This document shows, in pieces, positions 1-9,169 of a stretch of DNA of 64,000 nucleotides. Made by a program: the position numbers and the translations under genes. Every line of letters starts with the position of its first letter. The stretch's first letter is position 1. Under the pieces are notes generated by a model. That model was given only the letters and a program-made list of their open reading frames with translations. It did no database searches and was not told where the DNA came from. The DNA lies in assembly GCA_965644315.1 (NCBI GenBank), contig CBFFRQ010000081.1, positions 124,001 through 188,000 of the forward strand, written 5' to 3'. The DNA comes from Caecitellus pseudoparvulus (lineage: Eukaryota; Protista; Bigyra: Bicosoecida).

Positions 1-216
1 CCCCTCGGCGCGGAGGACTGAACAAGGAGGTGCAGGACCAAGTGGCACAGCTGGAGGCACGGTGCAATTCACGCCCATGTCCTGCACTGCTTCCAGGTTG
101 CCTCACCGAGCAGCCCCTCCATTGTGCTTGTGCAAAGGATGGAGGAGGCAGGGTGAGTCGGTCGATTTCCGCACTGCGCGAAGTGGACGCCAAGTGGAGA
201 GCAGGGCCGGCGCGTC

Positions 217-1531
217 ATGGGGCCAGTCCTGCAAGCGCTGCTCGCGACGACATTTACGTACCTGCTCACGGCAGTGGGTGCGAGTCTGGTCTTTTGCGTT
301 GACACTCTGGGCAATGACCACCAGACCAGCGTGGTCATGGGCGTTGCGGCTGGCATGATGCTTGCAGCAGTGAACGAGCTGCTGACGTCCATGGCAGAAG
401 AGAGTGCCCCCATGGGCATGTGGTCGTGGCTGCCCCTGGCGGTGGGCTTTGCCGTCGCGTGTGCCATGATGCGTGGCATGGACTGGTGCTTGCAGCAATC
501 GGTGGCGCCTGTGTCTGGGCCCACAGCTGCGCTGCAAGGGCACCGGCCAGCGCGATCCAGATCAGGATCCCACAGCGGACATATGGAACTTACGGTAAGT
601 GCTGGCACGTCCCTTGTTTCCATGCAAGGCGCCCTGGAGTGTGCAAGCAACGCGTGTGACCGTCCCGATTTCCGCACAGGCTCCACTCGCTGCAAGCCCC
701 GCCTCGCATGGCCTGAAACAAGCAGCACCCCAGGCAAGTGGCCCAGGGGGTCAAGCATCGGCCATCCTTGCCGCATCAGGGTACCACACAGCCTCCAGCT
801 CGCCAAGTCGACCCACCGGGCATGAGGTGGTGGTGGCCATGGCCAGGGGCAGCGGCGCAACGCCACCTCAGCGATCCCGCACTGGTTCCAGCGCGTCAGC
901 CGACGGCCTGTTGCTGGGAGCAGGTGGAGAGGAGGGTGTACGCATGCTGGGCAGCTCGGGACCCGTGGCTGGCACCGGCTCCACCGCCGAGGCAGGCGAA
1001 GGGAGCGTGGAGCCGGTGGCGGAGCCCACGCCCGAGGCTCTGCGCAAGGCCCAGTTGCTGGTGTTCGCGCTGGCTGTGCAGCACATCCCTGAGGCCCTGG
1101 CGTGCGGCGTGGCGTTCGCAGCGGTGACGCCCGCCGCAGACAAGGACGGCGACGGCGCCACGCTGGGCTCTGCGCTGTCCCTCACCCTGGCCATTGGCCT
1201 GCAAGACATCCCCGAGGGCATGATGGCCGCCTTTGTCCTGCGGAATCTGGGGTGGAGTCGCTGGAAGGCGTTCGCGTACGGGCAGTTGACGGGCCTGGTG
1301 CAGCCGCTGGCGGGGATGGTGGGCGCGGCAGCAGTGCTGGCGGTGCAGAGCGCGCTGCCATACGCGCTGGCCTTTGCCTCAGCGGCCATGCTGTTCGTAG
1401 TGGTGAAGGACATGGTGCCAGATGTCCTGGAAGGCACCAGCGACCGCGGCTTCCTGACACTGGTCATGATGGGGGCCTTTGTGTTCATGGCAGCGGTCAG
1501 CACACTCATTGACCAGGTGGACTTCCTGTAG
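217..1531 (+). CDS. ZIP (ZupT/ZIP11-like) divalent metal transporter, 2 exons
   Basis: Exon 217-594, intron 595-679 (GTAAGT...CACAG, phase 0), exon 680-1531. Joins N-terminal TM helices (VLQALLATTFTYLLTAVGASLVF; GVAAGMMLAA) to TM4/TM5 motifs QHIPEA and IGLQDIPEG and the C-terminal LPYALAFASAAMLFVVVKDMVPD. Confidence 0.92.
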
Positions 1532-1917
1532 CAGAGCCTTCATTGTGCATGGATGGGGGACTGCGTGTCGTGCGAATTCACGGTGTTTAGCAGTGCAGCC
1601 GGGACGCCAGGCATAGCACGACTGGAAGGCTGCTGAGCGCGGAGGATTGACCCCTCCTGTCGCTCCTCCAATCTGAAGACACCAAAGTGAGAACTGACCT
1701 GCCGTTTGAATTAATGCATGTGGCATCAGGCGTGCTTCGTGGTGCAGTAACCGGTCACTTGTTTCCGGCTGGCACCGTTGCGGGTAAATTCAGCAGGATT
1801 GTGCACGTCAATTTCCGCACACTTCCTACTCTGCACCAATTTCCACCCTGCCGCGATCTACCACGAACCCTCGTCCGCGCCCCTACGCATGTGCGTGGTT
1901 TTACCTTTGTCGTAGTC

Positions 1918-2787
1918 ATGGCCATCTCCGCTCAGCCCGCCAAAGCTGGCCGCACCAGGGCCGGGGTGGCCGCGACCTCCGAGCCGTCAGCTCAGCCAAG
2001 ACCCTGTGCACAGCACACCGCTGCTGTGAGCCGGGGCGTCCTTCGGGGCCTGCGCTTGCTGCTCGTGGCATGCGTGTGCCTGTTTGTGGCGCTGGTGGCC
2101 GACACACACGAGCTGCTCAGTGCGCCGCTGCTCCGCCGACTTGAAGCGTGGCTTGGCAAGCAGCAGACGCTGCAAGTGGAGCACAGCAACCCAGCCTGGG
2201 CGCAGGCTGGCCCTGCCCTGCCCGCCATGGCAGCCGTGCACGACAAGGTCTTGCAGCACTGTGCCGTGCAGCACGTGCCAGCTGGCGCGGTGCCAGCACT
2301 GTGGCTGCGTGTGCACGGCCAGCGGACCTGGGCGCTTGGCGTTCTGCCGCCTGTCGTCGCAGATGCCCTCGCCAACGGCATGACCACCCCCGACGCCGCC
2401 ATCCTTGCCCTGCCCGCCAACGCACACAAGCTGCCTCTTGTATTGCACGAGGCACGGCCCGGCCTGACGCAGACCTTGACGTTGCTGCGTGGCGGCGGCG
2501 TGCAGGTGGTGCGGGACGGAACAGACTTGGTGACTCTGGGCGGAGCAGGGGCTTCCGTGGGGGTGCCGAATCAAGAACAAGTGTTCCTGTCGACAGGCCC
2601 ATCCCCTGCCCTGCTGCTGGCCGTGGCTCGCACTGCAGACATGCAGCACTGGCCTGCTTCTGCCCTGAACCACGTGTTGTTGTTGGCTGAGTGGCTGCGT
2701 GACGAAACGCATCTGCCGGAGTATGCCCAGACGGTGCCCGCGTGGGGGTGCCGCGCACGTAGCGGTGCCTTTCCCGACGGGCTGTAA
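1918..2787 (+). CDS. Hypothetical protein with one N-terminal TM helix
   Basis: First plausible ATG at 1918 (MAISAQ...), hydrophobic segment LLLVACVCLFVALVA, coding-like composition. No family recognised. Confidence 0.55.
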   Translation: MAISAQPAKAGRTRAGVAATSEPSAQPRPCAQHTAAVSRGVLRGLRLLLVACVCLFVALVADTHELLSAPLLRRLEAWLGKQQTLQVEHSNPAWAQAGPALPAMAAVHDKVLQHCAVQHVPAGAVPALWLRVHGQRTWALGVLPPVVADALANGMTTPDAAILALPANAHKLPLVLHEARPGLTQTLTLLRGGGVQVVRDGTDLVTLGGAGASVGVPNQEQVFLSTGPSPALLLAVARTADMQHWPASALNHVLLLAEWLRDETHLPEYAQTVPAWGCRARSGAFPDGL

Positions 2788-2795
2788 GCGCCGCC

Positions 2796-3710
2796 TCAGC
2801 CTTCGTCTGTGGCGTGCACCAGTGCCAGAGCACTGACAGCAAACGCGGGCAGTGGGTTTGCCGGGTGGGGCTTGCGTGAGCTGGCACACTGCACGGCGGC
2901 CTGCACCGCCCAGTGCGGCCCGTCCACTGCTGTGCATGTGTGTCGCAGAGGGGTGGGCACGTCGCCGTCCAGCTCCAGGAGGCCCCCAGCGGCCAGGCCT
3001 GGTGTCGGGAGGTACGTCACTAAGTGGTGCCCTTCCGGACAACTGGCGATGGAGCTGCCGTCACTGCCAGGGCCGCCCTCGGCAGCTTGCACAGCGGCGG
3101 CGTGCAAACTGGCCAACTCGGCGTCACGCTCGAGGGCCACTCCTGCTGCCGCCCATGCCTCCTGCCTGTGCTTGGCTGCAAAGCGGCCGAGCCAGCTGGT
3201 CGCGGGCGCTGACGGCAAGCCCGTGCAGTTCAGCAATGCATGCAGCAGCGCCAGGGTTCCACAAGCGTTGCCGATGACCTGCTGGGCGTGCCAGATGGTT
3301 GGCGTGCGTGGCCGCCCCTCTGAAGCATTCGTGACCAGACATGTGCCCACAGAGGCTGCCGAGTCTGCGCTGTCGTCACAAATCCAGGGCTCGCCTGTGG
3401 AGGTGCTGCCGTCAGGAACTGCGACTATCACTGCGGCAGCGGGGCTGGGCAACAGCTGGGTGCATGCTGGCCCAGTGCCCAGCACTTCCTCCCAGCGCCA
3501 GCCAGCAGATGCTAGAGCGCCGTCCGCCATACGAGACATGAGTGTGTTGAAGACCGTCGCAGAGCACTCCAGCTCTTCCCACACCAGGCCAAGCTCCCCG
3601 ATGGCGCCAATGGCACACTTTTGTCCCTCACTCAGCGTCCGGCTTTGCTTCTCCACAGCTCGTGCGGCAGCACCCTGCTGCCCATGCTCTGGGGGCTCCG
3701 CAGAAGCCAT
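2796..3710 (-). CDS. Ubiquitin C-terminal hydrolase (peptidase C12, UCHL1/L3-like)
   Basis: WEELECSATVFN, QQVIGNACGTLALLHALLN (oxyanion Q, catalytic C), HHLVTY (H), LLELDG (D). Start assumed at ATG 3710. Confidence 0.9.
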   Translation of the reverse strand: MASAEPPEHGQQGAAARAVEKQSRTLSEGQKCAIGAIGELGLVWEELECSATVFNTLMSRMADGALASAGWRWEEVLGTGPACTQLLPSPAAAVIVAVPDGSTSTGEPWICDDSADSAASVGTCLVTNASEGRPRTPTIWHAQQVIGNACGTLALLHALLNCTGLPSAPATSWLGRFAAKHRQEAWAAAGVALERDAELASLHAAAVQAAEGGPGSDGSSIASCPEGHHLVTYLPTPGLAAGGLLELDGDVPTPLRHTCTAVDGPHWAVQAAVQCASSRKPHPANPLPAFAVSALALVHATDEG

Positions 3711-3946
3711 GCAGCTTGATGCGGAAATTGCTCCTGCCCGCAACGCAATGCTCGGCCTCCTGCAAAACCAGCACGACACCCGCGTCTTGGACTAGATGCA
3801 TTGCAGTTCACAGCGTGATTCGCTTACTCCACTTCCGTGCAGTTTTGGGGAATCTGACCGCGTTGTGCCACACAAGGTCGCAGGGACACCAGCAGCGCAC
3901 CTTCTTTGCCCCGGCCCAGTCGCCTACCCCGGGACGAGACGCCGTC

Positions 3947-6320
3947 ATGAAGCTGCACAGTTTCGTTCTTCTGGTCTGCCTGTTGTCCGTGGCGTGGGGC
4001 ATGGAGGTGCCGGCGCACCAGCTCCGTAAAACGGTGCGTGCGCTGGGCCGAAGCGAGCCTCCGCACTGCGCCGCGTGCTCACGAACGCCTGCTGCCACGG
4101 TGCCCGGCACAGTTCAAGGGCGCTGTCGGGGTGATGAACTTGGAGGGGCAACTGTACGCGTCCATTCAGGACCTCGGCGCGGAGGTGGGCTCCGTGCTGA
4201 AGCTGAACGCCAGTGCCGTGTGGGTGACGGTGCGGGCTTCGGCCGTGACGAGCCTGTGCAACCCAGGCGCTGTGCTGCTGAACGCCACCGGCACCATCAG
4301 CGTGTCGCCTGAGCTAATGGGGGACATCCAGCAAGTGTGTGCCCTGACTTGTGACGACGTGGATGGCTTCGCAGACAGGCAGGCGTGCCGCCTGGCGCTG
4401 GGGCGTCGCAGCGTCGGCGACATCATGCGAGACGTGATCGGGGGCGGTTTCCAGTGCGAGGACCTGACGACTCCAACGTACGATTTCCCGCTGCTGGACA
4501 AGGTTGTGGAGATTCCTGCCCTGCGGCAGGCCCTGGGGGCCGCCTCTGCCTTTGACCCCACCGTGCTGCGCCTGGGCGTGTCAGATTTCCTGCTGGCCAC
4601 ACCTGAGCCGGTGCTGCAGGTGATTGGGCGGGTGCTGCGCTTCACTGGCACTGACCTGTCGGCATACGTGAAGAACTTCAGGGTCATGTCCACCGGCGTG
4701 CAGATGGACCTGTGGTCGGACATTGACGTCCTGAACACCCGTAGGTCCCGTGTGTGCGACACGTGGGCGGACCTCATGGAAACACGCCTGTTTCTGACAG
4801 TCACTGTGGGCAAACTCCTGGACAAGCTGGGCCTGGACGAGCTGAAGACGTGCCCTGTGGGCCTGGTGGTGTCCCTCGTCGAGCGCGCGCTGGACGCCCT
4901 GAATAGTCGCAGGCAGCGCGAGCTGGGCGTGGACGCCAGCGGGGTGGTGCAGGAGGGTCCGCCTAGCCTGCCGCACGGCATGACCGGCTCAGGCGCCCTG
5001 CTGCACGGGACTCCGCAGCAACTCCTGGCTGCTCTGGAGGGCGGCCTGTCTTGCTCTGCACCCACCTGCCTCGCCTCTGCCGCCCGCCTGGCGTTGAACC
5101 GTGCATTCGCTCTTGTGACGCCGGAGGGGCGAGCTGCCACATCGGCAGCCCTGAAGCAGCTGCGTGCCGAGGCGCAGGAACAGGTGGGGACTGTGCATGA
5201 GGGCGAGGGGCGTGGGCTGCAGGGCGTGCAGCACTTTGCCCTGCTGAACATCAGCAGCAACCTCGTGAACGTGGTGCGGGGCATTCTCGGCCCACGGTCG
5301 AAGTGGCCCACCTTCCTGTCCTTCGACTACCCCGCAACCGGCCTGGGTGTCATCACAGTGGGGCGCCCGGGGCCCACATGCGACATGCTGGCACGCGAGA
5401 TGCAGCTGCGCGTGAGTGGCGCCACGCTGGCCCAGTTGGCGGGGCAGGAACGGCAGCTCGCGGCGGCACTGGCTAGGTGGGTGGTGGCCAAGTGGGGCAT
5501 GGGCATGCCGGGCCTCATGGCCACTCAGTTCCGTGACATTGTCCTGCAGGCGGCAGACGCGCCGTCTGGGCAGCGCTCCCGGCGACTGCAAGGCGCCGAC
5601 CACGTGCTGGTCACATTCAACACCCTGTCTGGGTCAGGCGTGTCGTCTGGCAGGCTGAACGCGGAGCTGCAGGCAGGCGCTCGTAGCGGCGACATGTCGC
5701 TGGCTGTCTCGCCCACCCTCACGCTCACTGTGCACGGCGGCGAAGGCGACACGCAGTGCGACGAGGAAGGCGCCGCGGCCGTCACGTGCGACGACCCCCG
5801 CGCCGCGCAGGACGCCATGGTCGGCGTCGTGGAGGTAGTAGGTAATGACGGCAAGAACGAAGGCACTGCGGAGGTGGATGGCACGGGCGGTGCCTTGCCA
5901 GGAGCAGGCAACGCAGCAGACACGAACACGAACACGAGCAGCTCGCCTTCTGCCGCTGCCACTGCAGGGTGGGCGGTGGCGGGTGTCGCACTGGCCGTCC
6001 TGCTCGCTGCAGTGGTGTTCCTGGCCCTGGCTGTGGCTGGCCAGCTGCCTCCGGGCCTGACGCCGGCGTGGATCAAGCCGCGTGGAGCGGCAGCACGCCG
6101 CATCGGCCGCATCCGCCAGGCCAACGAGGCCCAGGGCCCAGCGTGTGACGTGGTGGGCATCACGGTGCCACCCGTGGTCGGACGAGGTTCTCGCTCTGGT
6201 TCGCGCTCCGCCCGGCGAGGCAGCACCAGCAGCCGCAAAGGCAGCGTGGGGCGGAACCCGCTTGTGGCCAAGATCGCGCGCTCCGGTTCACGCGGCGGCG
6301 GGTCGGCCGCCGCTCAGTGA
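3947..6320 (+). CDS. Type I membrane protein (signal peptide, Cys-containing ectodomain, SEA-like domain, TM, basic tail)
   Basis: Signal peptide MKLHSFVLLVCLLSVAWG. Intron 4034-4112 (GTGCGT...CACAG) joins it to ORF 4038-6320. TM AGWAVAGVALAVLLAAVVFLALAVA. Contains RGLQ and RRLQ motifs and RNPL in the tail. Confidence 0.8.
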
Positions 6321-6547
6321 AGCGGCGCTGTGCACAGCTAAGTTTGGCTATTTGTACGATTCTTACTCCTCCCGGCGCGGTGGGCGTGGCCAGGGCGCGA
6401 GACCGCCTTGTGCGCCCAAATGCATGCGCTGGCTATGGCATCGCATTCCGCCCGCGAAGCCACAATTGGCCTGCATCCGCCAAGACCCACCACGGCCTGG
6501 CCTGTCTTCGCGGCGGGCGCATCGTCCTAAGCAAGCTGTCGGCTGGC

Positions 6548-9139
6548 ATGGACTGGATTGTGGGCGCCTGGACAAGTGCCCTGTGGGCTGCAGACTCGGC
6601 ATGGCAGGTGGTGGCGGGCCCTGTGACGCTGGCAGCGACGGGCACAGCAGTCTTGCTGGCCTGTGCAGCCCTGCTGCTCACTGGGCTGGTGGTGTGGTTG
6701 TGGGCCCTGCACAACTCGCTCAAGGCCAAGGGAGCTGGACCACACCCTGTGCTCTTCACGGACGCAAAGCCAGTGCCGACGGCGCTCAGCTTCCCGGTGC
6801 TGGAGGGGCGCGGAGCGGCCCCTGCGGAAATTGAAGCCGCACTGTACATGCCTGCAACCGCCATCGCAGCCCGCATCCGGGAGCAGCGATGGACGTCGCG
6901 TGCAGTCGTGCGAGTCTTCATGCAGCAGCTGGTGCGCGTGGATGCTGTGGCCAATGCTGTGGTTCACGAGCGGTTCGCCGGCGCCGCATGGGAAGCAGCG
7001 CTGGCTGACGCGTGTGTGGCAGTGGGGCGCTTCCCTCCCCACGGCATGGCCTCGGCGGGTGAACTGCTGGAGAGCCTGCTGGAGGGGCTGCCCCTTCCCC
7101 GAGACGTGGCGGGGCTGCCCTGGCTGGAGGCCCACTTTGCAGTGCTGCCGAGTGCGCGGGCCATGACTGCAGCGGTGCGGCAGCTGTCAGACACACATGC
7201 GTCGCAGGGTTTTCCGTGGGTGGAGGGCGCGCCGCCACTCTGGGGCGTGCCCTGCAGCCTGAAGGAGTGTTTTGCCGCCAAGGACATGCCTGGCTGCGGC
7301 ACGGCTGGGCTGCTGTCCCGGTGGGGGAATGCCTCGTCGCGCGACGCGCCTGTCGTGCACCGCATGCGAGCTGCCGGGCTGGTCGCGTTGTGCAACACCA
7401 ACACCAGCGAGCTGTGCATGTGGTACGAGAGCTCCAACCGCCTGCACGGCCGCACGAACAACGTGTACCACGCGGGGCGCATGGTGGGGGGCAGTTCTGG
7501 AGGGGAGGGTGCTGTGTTGGCGGGGGCAGGTGCCGCTGTTGGGCTTGGTTCGGATGTGGGCGGCAGCATCCGCCTGCCGGCGCACTTCAGCGGTGTGTGG
7601 GGCCACAAGCCCACAGGGGGCCTTGTGCCCAACCTCGCGCAGTACCCGTGTCTGGAGTCACCCATCCTGTGCACTGGGCCCATGACGCGGCACGCGGCGG
7701 ATTTGTGGCCGCTGCTGCAGATCCTCGCCGGCGCGCCATGTGGCCGCGTGCGTGTGGACGAGGCGGGGCGACCAGTCAGCGCAGTGCTGGAGGAGGATCT
7801 GAATCCCCTCATGGGAGACCCAGCTGGGCTGCATGTGGCGTCGCCACACCACACCGTGTTGGGCGGGGATGGCGGGTGGTTTCTGCCGGCGGCAGTGCCT
7901 GGGCCGCAGCAAGGCTTCATGCGGAACGACCCATCACACGGTGTGGCGCACCACATTGCCAAAGTGTACGCCGGGGAAGACACAGGCGGTCAGCTGGACA
8001 GCAAGGGGCGCCCCACACTGCGCGGTGTGGACCTGACTTCCGCCGTGTCGAACCTGCTCGCGCGTTCGGGCAGCCACGCAGAGCCGCCCAAGGCTGCTGC
8101 AAGTGAAAGGGTCGCACAACTGGCGGGTAAGGAGCATTGGAACGCCTGCCATCCCGGCATTGGGTCGCTGGCTGGCCTGCACGCTGCACTTGCGCGCAAG
8201 GTGCGGGTATTTGCGCCGTCCATGAAAGAGCTGGAACACCCGTTCGGGCTGACCAGTGCGACGGAACCACATGTGGCAGAAGCATGCTCCGCCTTGGCTG
8301 AGCAGGTGGCTGGGGCTCTGGAGACGACCGTGCAGCACTTCCCCATGCCAGACATGCCATCGGCATTCGACTTGTGGAGCGCGCTGCTGGCAGCCGAGGG
8401 CGGACTGCTGTTCACGCAGCTCATGGGGGACACGCCTCACTACCAGCCTGTGGGGGTGCGGAACTTGCTGCAGCAGCTGTGGAACACGGCGCACTTTGAC
8501 TGGGCCCACGCCCACGATGCGCCTGACCAGCGTGTGCACCCTCGCGCCCTGCCAACACAGCCTGACCAGCCCACGACCCGAGCACAGGCCATTCAACTGG
8601 GCAGGGCAGGGGCGTCCAGTGGCTCAGCCAGCCCACCCCCTGAGCTGCAGCGACATGGGGAGGGAGACACGCCCACGGAGCGCATCGCGGGACACCCAGC
8701 CCCTTTCACATTGCCAGGTATCGGCCTTGCCCTCATCGAGACCATCCCGCGTACACTCATGCCCAGCGCCGTGGAGCGCTTCAAACAGCGGGGCTTGCGC
8801 CTGCGCCAAGACCTCACCCGTGCCCTGGGCACCAACGGCGTCCTGATCCTCCCGACACAGCCCACGACTGCGCCTGCGCACAGTGTCGCGCTGTGGCGCA
8901 TCCACAACGCAGGGTACACCATGCTCTTCAACGCGACACTGAACCCCGTCACTGTCGTGCCTGCCGGTCTGGACGGTGACGGCCTCCCAGCTGGTGTGCA
9001 GGTGGTGGGAGCAATGGGGTCGGACGCCCTCACTGTTTCAGTGGGCGTGCTGGCAGAAGCACTGGGCACACGGTTTGGCTGGACACCGCCCACCTTGCTC
9101 ACATCCGCCGCGCCACACCCTGCCCTTGCCGCGAAATGA
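6548..9139 (+). CDS. Amidase-signature enzyme, FAAH2-like
   Basis: LWGVPCSLKE (Lys), GGSSGGEGA, GSDVGGSIRLPA (Ser-cisSer-Lys triad), GLPAGVQVVG, and an N-terminal TM. ATG at 6548 assumed. Confidence 0.92.
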   Translation: MDWIVGAWTSALWAADSAWQVVAGPVTLAATGTAVLLACAALLLTGLVVWLWALHNSLKAKGAGPHPVLFTDAKPVPTALSFPVLEGRGAAPAEIEAALYMPATAIAARIREQRWTSRAVVRVFMQQLVRVDAVANAVVHERFAGAAWEAALADACVAVGRFPPHGMASAGELLESLLEGLPLPRDVAGLPWLEAHFAVLPSARAMTAAVRQLSDTHASQGFPWVEGAPPLWGVPCSLKECFAAKDMPGCGTAGLLSRWGNASSRDAPVVHRMRAAGLVALCNTNTSELCMWYESSNRLHGRTNNVYHAGRMVGGSSGGEGAVLAGAGAAVGLGSDVGGSIRLPAHFSGVWGHKPTGGLVPNLAQYPCLESPILCTGPMTRHAADLWPLLQILAGAPCGRVRVDEAGRPVSAVLEEDLNPLMGDPAGLHVASPHHTVLGGDGGWFLPAAVPGPQQGFMRNDPSHGVAHHIAKVYAGEDTGGQLDSKGRPTLRGVDLTSAVSNLLARSGSHAEPPKAAASERVAQLAGKEHWNACHPGIGSLAGLHAALARKVRVFAPSMKELEHPFGLTSATEPHVAEACSALAEQVAGALETTVQHFPMPDMPSAFDLWSALLAAEGGLLFTQLMGDTPHYQPVGVRNLLQQLWNTAHFDWAHAHDAPDQRVHPRALPTQPDQPTTRAQAIQLGRAGASSGSASPPPELQRHGEGDTPTERIAGHPAPFTLPGIGLALIETIPRTLMPSAVERFKQRGLRLRQDLTRALGTNGVLILPTQPTTAPAHSVALWRIHNAGYTMLFNATLNPVTVVPAGLDGDGLPAGVQVVGAMGSDALTVSVGVLAEALGTRFGWTPPTLLTSAAPHPALAAK

Positions 9140-9169
9140 ATTCAATCAAGTGGCAAAGTTGGGGGTGCA

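Noticed and set aside
1-216. Possible tail or exon of an upstream gene (GLNKEVQDQVAQLEAR)
   Set aside because: Too short and truncated to support a call.
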